Shown: one piece after another, positions 8,870-16,792 of the stretch
Layout of the letters: every line of letters starts with the position of its first letter
How positions within the stretch are numbered: position 1 is the stretch's first letter
NCBI RefSeq assembly: GCF_000633355.1
Contig: NZ_AYMQ01000004.1
Span: 12,630-36,629, forward strand
Source of the DNA: Serratia sp. H1w
GTDB lineage: Bacteria; Pseudomonadota; Gammaproteobacteria; Enterobacterales; Enterobacteriaceae
Direction of reading: 5' to 3'
Length of the DNA stretch: 24,000 nucleotides
Notes under the pieces: model-generated
What the model was told of the DNA's origin: nothing
What the model saw: only the letters and a program-made list of their open reading frames with translations
Databases searched by the model: none
Translations under genes and position numbers: made by a program

Positions 8870-9946
8870 TCAGTTAATTTCGAAATCCAGATCCAGATCG
8901 TCCTGGGCGGCTTTGGTGGCCTGTTTCTTGGCGGCAAAACTTTTCAGCAGGTTAACCAGCAGGGCGGTGACTACCATGCCGACCAGCAGCGCAGCAACGT
9001 AGCCGAGCTTGCCTTCAACCACTGGCAGCACAATCAACCCACCCCAACCGGCGTAGCACTGGGCACCGACCAATGCGGCGGTCACGGCGGCACAGGCGGA
9101 ACCAATCATGATGGAAGGGATAACGCGCAGCGGATCGGCGGCGGCGAACGGGATGGCCCCTTCGGTAACGCCGACGCAGCCCATCAGCAGCGCGGCTTTA
9201 CCCGCTTCGCGCTCTTCCGGGGTGTAGTATTTACGGCCAATCAGCGTGGCGAAGCCCAGACCGAGCGGTGGGGTGGCGATGGCAACGGCCGCGATGGCAA
9301 CCACGGAGTAGACGCCCTGAGCGACGCAGATCAGCATAAAGGCGTAGGCCACCTTGTTGACCGGGCCACCCATGTCAAACGCCAGCATCAGGCCCATGAT
9401 GATCGCCAGCACCACGATGCTGCCTTGCTGCATACCTTGCAGCCAGTGGGTCAGACCATTGGTCAGTGCGCCAACCGGTTCGCCCAGCCCCCACATCATG
9501 ATGCCCGCGGTGAGCAGGGTACCAATGATGGGGATCACGAAGATCGGCATCACCGAACGCAGGATCTTCGGCACCGGGATCTTCTTGAGATAGAACACAA
9601 TAATGCCGCCCAGCAGGCCAGCTATGATCGCCCCGAAGAAGCCAGCCCCGAAGGATGCGCCCACCCAGGCACCAATTGCCGAAGGAGCCAGCGCGGAGCG
9701 ATCTGAAATGGAGTAACCAATATAGGCCGCGAGGAAAGGCACCATCAGCGTTAACCCGGCCACGCCGATATCGAACAGTTTTTTCAGGTTAGGGTCGGTT
9801 GCGGCATCGGGTACTGCCCCTTTACCGTACAACATCACGGAGATAGCCAGCAAAATGCCACCGGCGACCACAAACGGGATCATATGGGAGACGCCGGTCA
9901 TTAAATGCTGGCGTGTGTTTCTTAGAATATTGAGTAGGTCTTTCAT
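8870..9946 (-). CDS. frwC: PTS system fructose-like EIIC component (membrane permease)
   Basis: 358 aa multi-spanning protein; VSHMIPFVVAGGILLAISVMLYG, GVTEGAIPFAAADPLRVIPSIMIGSA and GPVNKVAYAF are typical of fructose-family EIIC. Confidence 0.93.
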   Translation of the reverse strand: MKDLLNILRNTRQHLMTGVSHMIPFVVAGGILLAISVMLYGKGAVPDAATDPNLKKLFDIGVAGLTLMVPFLAAYIGYSISDRSALAPSAIGAWVGASFGAGFFGAIIAGLLGGIIVFYLKKIPVPKILRSVMPIFVIPIIGTLLTAGIMMWGLGEPVGALTNGLTHWLQGMQQGSIVVLAIIMGLMLAFDMGGPVNKVAYAFMLICVAQGVYSVVAIAAVAIATPPLGLGFATLIGRKYYTPEEREAGKAALLMGCVGVTEGAIPFAAADPLRVIPSIMIGSACAAVTAALVGAQCYAGWGGLIVLPVVEGKLGYVAALLVGMVVTALLVNLLKSFAAKKQATKAAQDDLDLDFEIN

Positions 9947-10108
9947 CGTTCACTCCCTGGCCGCGACCAGCGTGCTTCTGAGATAAAACCACCAGGGAAT
10001 GACCCTTGATGGATAAAGGTTGTTGGCTATCACAATAGGCATCCGTCGCCACTATCAACAGTGGATAAAATTGCCATTTACTGGATTTTTGTATTGTCAG
10101 GAGAAAAG

Positions 10109-10124
10109 TGCGATCTAACTCAAA
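10109..10124. promoter_or_regulatory. Candidate CRP site in the frwC/ptsA divergent region
   Basis: TGCGA-TCTAAC-TCAAA matches TGTGA-N6-TCACA at 8 of 10 core positions. Confidence 0.4.
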
Positions 10125-10163
10125 GTGTGCGACAGAAGAAACCGGGCTTGAGGGCGCAGGCTT

Positions 10164-10179
10164 TGTGAGCGACATCGCA
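10164..10179. promoter_or_regulatory. Candidate CRP site in the frwC/ptsA divergent region
   Basis: TGTGA-GCGACA-TCGCA matches TGTGA-N6-TCACA at 9 of 10 core positions. Confidence 0.5.
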
Positions 10180-10306
10180 TTTATGCCGTCAGGATACATT
10201 TGTCCAGTGTTTGACATTTTTATCCGATAGCCCTGGGCCGCGCTGCGCTTCTATCCTTGTGACAAACCGGTGTTGTTCACCGCTGCTTTGGTATGAGGAA
10301 AGAGTG

Positions 10307-12808
10307 ATGGCGAAAATTGTGACGTTTACCTGCGTGCTGCCCAACGGGGTGCATGCCCGCCCAGCCAGCCATATCGAAACCCTGTGCAACGGTTTCCGTT
10401 CCCGCTTTGAATGGCACAACGCGCGCAGTGGCCGTTGCGGTGATGGCAAAAGCGTGTTGTCGCTGATCGGGACCGATACTTTGCTGGGCGACGAGTGCCG
10501 GATCACCATCGAAGGGGAAGATGAGCAGGCCGCATTTGAGCGCCTGACCCAGTTTATCGAACATGAATTCCCGCACTGTGACGAAGCGCTGCCGCAGGTG
10601 AACGACCAGGCCGAGCAGGAACCTATCCCGCAGTCTTTAGCTAATCTGAACCCAACGTTGGTACGGGCCCGTTCCGTCAACCAGGGCACTGCCAATGGCA
10701 AATTGGTGCATCTGGCGCGGGTCGATTTAAACGCTCTGTCTTTGCCGCCCGCTCACTCTATTGAACAGGAGCAGCAGCAACTGGCCGAAGGGCTAACGCG
10801 CTTTGGCAAGGCGTTGGATTTGCAACTGATGGGCGGTAACGGTACTACCACGGCGGTGCTGGAAGCGCACCGTTCATTACTGCGTGACGGCGGATTCCGT
10901 CAACACCTGCTCGACGGTGTGCTGTCAGGGGAAAGTTGCGCCGCCGCGATTGTGGCCACCGCAGCCCACTTCAGCCAACAGTTGGCGCAGTCTGCCAGTG
11001 CCTATCTGCGGGAGCGCGAACTGGATATTCGTGATGTCAGCTTCCAGCTGTTACAGCAAATTTATGGCGAGCAGCGCTTCCCGGCACAACAGGCGCTGAG
11101 TGTCGACAGCATCTGTATCACCGATGAGCTGACGCCCAGCCAATTCCTGGAACTGGATAAACGCTACTTGAAAGGCCTGTTGTTGGGCAGCGGTGGCAGC
11201 ACCTCGCATACGGTGATCCTGGCGCGCTCGTTCAACATTCCTACCCTGGTTGGCGTTGATGCCGCAGCCATGCTGCCATATCTGCATCAATCGGTGCAGA
11301 TCGACGGCGATCTTGGGCTGGTGGCCTGCGATCTCAGCGAACCGGTACGTCGTTACTATCAGCAGGAGCAGTGGCTGAGTGAGCAGATCCGCAGCCAGCA
11401 AAGCGCCTATCTGGATCAGCCGGGGCGCACTGCCGACGGCGTAAGAATGGAAGTGGCCGCCAATATCGCCCATGCGGTAGAAGCAGAAGCCGCCTTCAGC
11501 AACGGTGCCGAGGCGGTGGGCCTGTTCCGTACCGAAATGCTGTATATGGATCGCCTGACCGCGCCTTCCGAAGATGAGCTGTACAACATTTATTGCCAGG
11601 CGGTGGAAGCGGCCGCAGGCAAGACGATTATCGTGCGTACCATGGACATCGGCGGCGACAAGCCGGTGGATTACCTGAACATCCCGGCCGAAAATAACCC
11701 GTTCCTCGGCTACCGGGCGGTACGTATCTATCAGGAATTCCTGCCGCTATTCCGTACTCAGTTGCGCTCGATCCTGCGTGCTTCGGCACATGGTCCGCTG
11801 AAGATCATGATCCCGATGATCTCCTCGATGGAAGAGATCCTGTGGGTGAAGGATCAACTGGCCGAAGTGAAGCAATCGTTGCGTGCCGGGCAGATCCCGT
11901 TCGACGAAAAAATTCCGCTCGGCATCATGCTGGAAGTGCCTTCGGTGCTGTTTATCATTGACCAGTGCTGTGAGGAGATCGACTTCTTCAGCATCGGTAG
12001 CAACGACCTGACGCAGTACCTGCTGGCGGTGGATCGCGACAACGCCAAGGTCATCAAACATTACAACAGCCTGAACCCGGCGTTCCTGCGTGGGTTGGAT
12101 CATGCGGTGCGTGAAGTCCACCGCCACGGCAAATGGATCGGCCTGTGTGGCGAACTGGGGGCCAAAGGCTCGGTGCTGCCGCTGCTGGTGGGTATGGGGC
12201 TGGATGAGATCAGTATGAGCGCCCCTGCTATTGCCGCCACCAAAACCCGTCTGGCCAAGCTGGACAGCCGCGAATGCCGTTTGTTGCTCAACCGGGCCAT
12301 GGCCTGCCGGACGTCGCTGGAAGTGGAACACCTGCTGGCTCAGTTCCGCATGGAGCAAAGCGATGCTCCGCTGATCACGCCGGAATGTATCGCCCTGGGG
12401 GCCGATTGGCGCAGCAAGGAAGAGGTTATCAAAGGCATGGCGGATAACCTGCTGCTGGCTGGGCGCTGCCGCTACCCACGTAACCTTGCCGCCGACCTGT
12501 GGGCGCGTGAGGCGGTATTTTCCACCGGGCTGGGTTTTGGCTTTGCCATCCCACATACCAAATCTGAGCATATCGAACAGTCCACCATCAGCGTAGCCAA
12601 GCTGGCGCAGCCGGTCGTCTGGGGCGATGAAGAGGCCCAGTTCGTCATCATGCTGACCCTCAATAAACATGCCGCCGGGGACCAGCATATGCGCATTTTC
12701 TCCAAGCTGGCGCGGCGCATCATGCATGAAGGTTTCCGAGACGCCCTGGTGAACGCGGCATCGGCCCAACAGGTAGAGGCGTTGCTGAAACAAGAGCTTG
12801 AACTGTAA
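10307..12808 (+). CDS. ptsA: Multiphosphoryl transfer protein (HPr - enzyme I - EIIA-Fru fusion)
   Basis: ORF 10211..12808, start MAKIVTFTCVLPNGVHARPASH at 10307 with GAGGAAA SD. HPr active site GVHARPAS; EI phospho-His region GSGGSTSHTVILARSFNIPTLVG, FRTEMLYMDR and GSNDLTQYLLAVDRDNAKV; C-terminal EIIA GLGFGFAIPHTKSEH. Confidence 0.93.
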   Translation: MAKIVTFTCVLPNGVHARPASHIETLCNGFRSRFEWHNARSGRCGDGKSVLSLIGTDTLLGDECRITIEGEDEQAAFERLTQFIEHEFPHCDEALPQVNDQAEQEPIPQSLANLNPTLVRARSVNQGTANGKLVHLARVDLNALSLPPAHSIEQEQQQLAEGLTRFGKALDLQLMGGNGTTTAVLEAHRSLLRDGGFRQHLLDGVLSGESCAAAIVATAAHFSQQLAQSASAYLRERELDIRDVSFQLLQQIYGEQRFPAQQALSVDSICITDELTPSQFLELDKRYLKGLLLGSGGSTSHTVILARSFNIPTLVGVDAAAMLPYLHQSVQIDGDLGLVACDLSEPVRRYYQQEQWLSEQIRSQQSAYLDQPGRTADGVRMEVAANIAHAVEAEAAFSNGAEAVGLFRTEMLYMDRLTAPSEDELYNIYCQAVEAAAGKTIIVRTMDIGGDKPVDYLNIPAENNPFLGYRAVRIYQEFLPLFRTQLRSILRASAHGPLKIMIPMISSMEEILWVKDQLAEVKQSLRAGQIPFDEKIPLGIMLEVPSVLFIIDQCCEEIDFFSIGSNDLTQYLLAVDRDNAKVIKHYNSLNPAFLRGLDHAVREVHRHGKWIGLCGELGAKGSVLPLLVGMGLDEISMSAPAIAATKTRLAKLDSRECRLLLNRAMACRTSLEVEHLLAQFRMEQSDAPLITPECIALGADWRSKEEVIKGMADNLLLAGRCRYPRNLAADLWAREAVFSTGLGFGFAIPHTKSEHIEQSTISVAKLAQPVVWGDEEAQFVIMLTLNKHAAGDQHMRIFSKLARRIMHEGFRDALVNAASAQQVEALLKQELEL

Positions 12809-12817
12809 TTCATTCTT

Positions 12818-12833
12818 GGGCGCTGCGGCGCCC
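12818..12833 (+). promoter_or_regulatory. Intercistronic hairpin ptsA/fsaB with predicted UGCG tetraloop
   Basis: GGGCGC-TGCG-GCGCCC: perfect 6-bp GC stem, C(UNCG)G loop in RNA. Confidence 0.55.
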
Positions 12834-12859
12834 TTCATATTTAGTCTTGAGGAGCAATT

Positions 12860-13525
12860 ATGGAACTCTATCTGGATACTGCTGATATCAATGCGGTGAA
12901 ACGTCTCGCACGGGTATTGCCATTGCAAGGGGTGACGACCAACCCAAGCATTGTGGCCGCATCACGCACGTCACTATGGGAAGTGCTGCCTGCGTTGCGC
13001 GATATCATCGGTGGGGAAGGGAAGCTGTTTGCCCAGGTGATGGCCGCCAAGGCCGATCAGATGGTAGAAGAAGCGGTATTGCTCAACCGACGCGTTCCTG
13101 GCCTGGTGGTGAAAGTGCCGGTAACCGGTGAAGGACTGGCCGCTATCAAAACCCTGCGTGGCATGGGCATTCCAACGTTAGGTACGGCGGTTTATGGGGC
13201 GGCACAGGGGCTGCTTTCTGCTCTGGCGGGGGCGGAGTATGTGGCACCTTACGTCAACCGGGTAGATGCTCAGGGCGGCAATGGCATTGCTACCGTGCAA
13301 GAATTGCAGCATTTGCTGGAACTGCATGCTCCGCAGGCCAAAGTGCTGGCAGCCAGCTTCAAAACCCCACGGCAGGCGCTGGAGTGTCTGCTGGCAGGTT
13401 GTGAAGCTATTACCTTACCGGTCGATGTTGCCGAGCAGTTTATCAGTGCTCCGGCGGTGCAGGCGGCGGTAGAAAAGTTTGAGCACGATTGGCACGGCGC
13501 GTTTGGTACCTTGGCGCTGAGCTAA
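12860..13525 (+). CDS. fsaB: Fructose-6-phosphate aldolase (transaldolase-like)
   Basis: 221 aa. [31 protein letters not shown], catalytic-Lys segment [18 protein letters not shown] and [29 protein letters not shown]. Short FSA-type transaldolase, paired with ptsA. Confidence 0.93.
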   Translation: MELYLDTADINAVKRLARVLPLQGVTTNPSIVAASRTSLWEVLPALRDIIGGEGKLFAQVMAAKADQMVEEAVLLNRRVPGLVVKVPVTGEGLAAIKTLRGMGIPTLGTAVYGAAQGLLSALAGAEYVAPYVNRVDAQGGNGIATVQELQHLLELHAPQAKVLAASFKTPRQALECLLAGCEAITLPVDVAEQFISAPAVQAAVEKFEHDWHGAFGTLALS

Positions 13526-13526
13526 G

Positions 13527-13563
13527 CCCCTCACCCTAACCCTCTCCCACAGGGAGAGGGGAC
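13527..13563. repeat. CCCCTCACCCTAACCCTCTCCCACAGGGAGAGGGG element, forward copy of an inverted pair
   Basis: 9-bp hairpin CCCTCTCCC (13540-13548), loop ACA, GGGAGAGGG (13552-13560). Starts 1 nt after the fsaB stop. Confidence 0.8.
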
Positions 13564-13650
13564 AGAATGAGCCACATCTTGGCTACGAAACTCTACATAT
13601 ATATCAAGGTAATACAGGCAGACTCTAAACTTGAATTCAGCACGGTACGG

Positions 13651-13686
13651 CTCCCTCTCCCTGTGGGAGAGGGTTGGGGTGAGGGG
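13651..13686. repeat. Same element, reverse copy of the inverted pair
   Basis: CTCCCTCTCCCTGTGGGAGAGGGTTGGGGTGAGGGG. Its reverse complement is nearly identical to 13527-13563. Stem 13653-13661 / 13665-13673. Confidence 0.8.
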
Positions 13687-13692
13687 AGATTG

Positions 13693-14529
13693 TTACTTCA
13701 CACCCGGCACACCATGCTGGCTGAACCACGCCAACATACGCTGCCAACCGTCGGCGGAAGCCTCTGCGTTATAGCTTGGCCGGTAATCGGCGTGGAAAGC
13801 GTGGCCCGCTTCGGGATACACCACGATTTCCGCATCGGCATTGGCCGCACGGATTGCCTGGCGCATGGTTTCCACCGTTTCTTGTGGAATGCTGCCGTCC
13901 TGACCCCCGTATAAACCGAGTACCGGCGCCGAAAGACCGATGGCGATATCAACCGGATGCTTGGGCGAATTCAGGGTTTTCTCCCCCACCAGCTTGCCAT
14001 ACCAGGCCACCGCCGCCTTCAGTTGCGGGTTATGCGCGGCATACAGCCAGGTGATACGTCCACCCCAACAAAAGCCGGTGATCGCCAACTTGCTGGCGTC
14101 GCCGCTGTGGCGCGTTGCCCAATGCGCAGCGTGGTCCAGATCGGCCAGAACCTGGCTGTCTGGCACTTTGCTGACCAGGTTTTTTACCAACTCACTGACT
14201 TCGCTGTACTCTCTGGCATCTCCCTGGCGGAAATAGAGTTCTGGAGCGATGGCCAGATAACCCTGTTTCGCCAGGCGACGGCACAAATCCTGAATGTGTT
14301 CATGCACGCCAAAGATTTCCTGCACCACCAACACGATCGGGAATGGCCCCTGATGGTGGGCCGGTTTGGCGATATAGGCTGGCAGATCGTCCCCTTGCGA
14401 TGGGATGGTGGTTTCCCCTACGTGAATATCCTGTTCATCGGTCAGGATAGTCGAGGTAGCCAACGGTGCGACGGCCGGGGTGAATCCCCCTTTGGCCTGT
14501 TTTAATGTCATTTGTTGTTCTGTTTTCAT
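13693..14529 (-). CDS. ysgA: Dienelactone hydrolase family protein
   Basis: ORF 13693..14601. Plausible starts at 14529 (MKTEQQMTLKQ) or 14511 (MTLKQAKGG). Catalytic Cys motif ITGFCWGGR, VVLVVQEIFGVHEHIQDLCRRLA and GHAFHADYR. Adjacent and divergent to udp, as in E. coli. Confidence 0.88.
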   Translation of the reverse strand: MKTEQQMTLKQAKGGFTPAVAPLATSTILTDEQDIHVGETTIPSQGDDLPAYIAKPAHHQGPFPIVLVVQEIFGVHEHIQDLCRRLAKQGYLAIAPELYFRQGDAREYSEVSELVKNLVSKVPDSQVLADLDHAAHWATRHSGDASKLAITGFCWGGRITWLYAAHNPQLKAAVAWYGKLVGEKTLNSPKHPVDIAIGLSAPVLGLYGGQDGSIPQETVETMRQAIRAANADAEIVVYPEAGHAFHADYRPSYNAEASADGWQRMLAWFSQHGVPGVK

Positions 14530-14715
14530 TGATTGCAGGCTCCATGCGTTAGAGAAAAAAGCGCGGCAGTTAACTATAGGCAGATTACCGCTTATTGGCA
14601 CGGCATGGCGAATTTTTGCTCAGGGCGGAAGCATGCCAGCATGAGCAGCATGCAGCGCCTCTACGAAGTAATTGGGTTAAACTTGGTGGAGATTTAGTCT
14701 CTTACTGAATTTTGA

Positions 14716-14731
14716 TGTGACCTTAATCACA
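14716..14731. promoter_or_regulatory. CRP binding site upstream of udp (distal)
   Basis: TGTGA-CCTTAA-TCACA: perfect match to the TGTGA-N6-TCACA core. Confidence 0.8.
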
Positions 14732-14767
14732 CAAATAATGTAGATGAATGTCTGTTTCTTTGTTCAA

Positions 14768-14783
14768 AGTGATTATCGTCACG
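14768..14783. promoter_or_regulatory. CRP binding site upstream of udp (proximal)
   Basis: AGTGA-TTATCG-TCACG, 8 of 10 core positions, centred 52 bp from the distal site. This is the CRP/CytR tandem arrangement known for udp/deo-type promoters. Confidence 0.65.
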
Positions 14784-14853
14784 AAATTTGCCAGCAATTT
14801 TCAGTAGAGTAGTTATTTGTTCCTCCCAAAAACCGTATCTATGAGGAGTCCCC

Positions 14854-15615
14854 ATGTCTCAGTCTGACGTTTTCCACCTCGGTCTCACTAAAAACGATCT
14901 GCAAGGCGCCACTTTGGCCATCGTCCCTGGCGATCCGCAGCGTGTAGAGAAAATCGCCAAGCTGATGGAAAACCCGGTACACCTGGCTTCCCACCGCGAA
15001 TTTACCTCTTGGCGTGCCGAACTGGATGGCAAAGCGGTGGTCGTGTGTTCAACCGGTATCGGTGGCCCGTCTACCTCTATTGCCGTTGAAGAGTTGGCAC
15101 AGCTGGGTATCCGTACCTTCCTGCGCATCGGTACGACCGGCGCCATTCAGTCCAATATCAACGTGGGCGACGTGCTGGTCACTACCGCTGCCGTCCGTCT
15201 TGATGGTGCCAGCCTGCACTTTGCCCCGATGGAATTCCCGGCAGTGGCGGACTTTGCCTGTACTACGGCGCTGGTTGAAGCCGCCAAGGCCAGTGGCGCG
15301 ACCACGCATATCGGCGTCACCGCCTCTTCCGATACCTTCTACCCAGGCCAGGAACGTTACGACACCTATTCCGGCCGTGTAGTGAACCGCTTTAAAGGTT
15401 CCATGGAAGAGTGGCAGTCGATGGGTGTGATGAACTATGAAATGGAATCCGCCACCTTGCTGACCATGTGTGCCAGCCAGGGCCTGCGTGCGGGGATGGT
15501 TGCCGGTGTGATCGTTAACCGCACCCAGCAAGAGATCCCAAATGCAGAAACCATGAAGAAGACCGAAAGCCAGGCGGTGCAAATCGTCGTTGAGGCGGCT
15601 CGCCGTCTGCTGTAA
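14854..15615 (+). CDS. udp: Uridine phosphorylase
   Basis: 253 aa. [105 protein letters not shown]-type SD upstream. Confidence 0.96.
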   Translation: MSQSDVFHLGLTKNDLQGATLAIVPGDPQRVEKIAKLMENPVHLASHREFTSWRAELDGKAVVVCSTGIGGPSTSIAVEELAQLGIRTFLRIGTTGAIQSNINVGDVLVTTAAVRLDGASLHFAPMEFPAVADFACTTALVEAAKASGATTHIGVTASSDTFYPGQERYDTYSGRVVNRFKGSMEEWQSMGVMNYEMESATLLTMCASQGLRAGMVAGVIVNRTQQEIPNAETMKKTESQAVQIVVEAARRLL

Positions 15616-15671
15616 TCCTAGTTAAAAGTAGGCCGTTTGAGACTACTGACAAATCTTCGCTGGTCTCACAT

Positions 15672-15697
15672 GTTGGGGCGTTACATGCTGCGCCAAC
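15672..15697. repeat. Intergenic near-palindrome GTTGGGGCGTTACATGCTGCGCCAAC
   Basis: Shares GGGGCGnnnCATGCTGCGCC with 4793-4817 and 17338-17361. Confidence 0.5.
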
Positions 15698-15720
15698 CTT
15701 AATAATCAGTGGGTTGGCCA

Positions 15721-15740
15721 GGGTCGAACATGTTCGACCC
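15721..15740. repeat. Perfect 20-bp palindrome GGGTCGAACATGTTCGACCC
   Basis: Self-complementary over all 20 nt. On the minus strand it reads GTAGGGGTCGAACATGTTCGACCC, matching the GTAGGGG..CATG..CCC layout of the nearby repeats. Confidence 0.65.
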
Positions 15741-15782
15741 CTACAAATTCAGCAACATTGCCACTTTGTCATCAATCTGAAG

Positions 15783-15801
15783 CGGGCCGTTTGACGGCCC
15801 G
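15783..15801 (+). terminator. Hairpin downstream of udp
   Basis: CGGGCCGT-TTG-ACGGCCCG followed by TTTCT. Confidence 0.6.
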
Positions 15802-15922
15802 TTTCTCCATCTGTTACGGTTATCCCCCCCTACGTCATACTGCTGGCCTGCCGTTGTTGGTGTTTTCCGATTACCGGCTGGTGTGGCGGTCTATCCCAAG
15901 ACAATCAATATAAGGACGTCTA

Positions 15923-16705
15923 ATGACCACTCAGATTTCACTCCATCCCTCACTTGCGCCGCTAGACGGTGGTATCAATTTCCGTGATTTAGGCGGTAAC
16001 ACCGTGGCCGATGGTCGCCGTATCAAACGCGGGCTGCTGTTTCGTTCCGGCGCTCTGGATCGGTTGAGCGAAAACGACTGTAGCTACCTGGCCAAGATGC
16101 CGATGCGCTCGGTGCTGGATTACCGTGATATTGACGAAGTGCAGGCCAAACCGGACGTGTTATGGGCGGGAGCCGATTATTATCACGTGCCAGCCAACCC
16201 GCTGAGCAGTGAAGTCAACGCCAACCTGGATAAACTCACTGACGAGACGCTGGCCAAGTTTGATGCCCGGGCCTTTATGCTGGAGCTGTATCGCCGCTTG
16301 CCATTCAATAACGCTGCCTATCGCCAACTGGCGCAGCTGTTGGCCCAGCCTGAAGGTGGTGCGATTGTGCAGCACTGCGCAGTAGGCAAAGACCGCACCG
16401 GCGTCGGTTCTGCGATGGTACTGCTGGCTCTGGGGGCGGATGAGGCCACGGTGATGGAAGACTATCTGCTAACGCAAATCACGCTGGCGAGCTTCCGTGA
16501 TCATATGTTGGAACAGCTCTCTAGCCGGTTGAACGACGCCTCGGTAGCGCAGTTTGCCTATGTACTCGGTGCTCGTGAAGAGTTTCTGGTCACCGCGCTG
16601 GGCTGCATTCGTCAGCAATATGGCTCTGCCGATCGCTGGTTGGAGGCCGAATATGGGCTGGGGCAAAGCCAGCGCGAGGCAATCCAGGCGTTCTATCTCG
16701 AATAA
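15923..16705 (+). CDS. Tyrosine-protein phosphatase-like protein
   Basis: 260 aa. INFRDLGG..G..RIKRGLLFRSGALDRL and P-loop signature HCAVGKDRTGVGSAMVLLALG (HCxxGKDRTG). AAGGA SD upstream. Confidence 0.88.
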   Translation: MTTQISLHPSLAPLDGGINFRDLGGNTVADGRRIKRGLLFRSGALDRLSENDCSYLAKMPMRSVLDYRDIDEVQAKPDVLWAGADYYHVPANPLSSEVNANLDKLTDETLAKFDARAFMLELYRRLPFNNAAYRQLAQLLAQPEGGAIVQHCAVGKDRTGVGSAMVLLALGADEATVMEDYLLTQITLASFRDHMLEQLSSRLNDASVAQFAYVLGAREEFLVTALGCIRQQYGSADRWLEAEYGLGQSQREAIQAFYLE

Positions 16706-16792
16706 TGGCAGCATGTTTAGCTCAGGTTTAACCCGCGCAGCAGGGCATTGCGTATCCTTGGATCAGGATCCATTCCCTAGGGGAGAAAATCA

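Noticed and set aside
11747-12928. 393 aa minus-strand ORF opposite ptsA
   Set aside because: Antisense of the EI/EIIA region of ptsA with no domain signal. It also runs into the fsaB start. Typical GC-driven shadow ORF.
13940-14505. 182 aa plus-strand ORF opposite ysgA
   Set aside because: Opposite strand of a clear dienelactone hydrolase reading frame; no motif or convincing RBS.
15049-15582. 177 aa minus-strand ORF opposite udp, and similar small antisense ORFs opposite nanA, rmuC, ubiE and ubiB
   Set aside because: All lie opposite strongly identified genes and lack independent evidence of coding.
16759-16772. TGGATCAGGATCCA inverted repeat upstream of the DedA gene
   Set aside because: Short isolated palindrome with no second copy or promoter context seen; likely chance.
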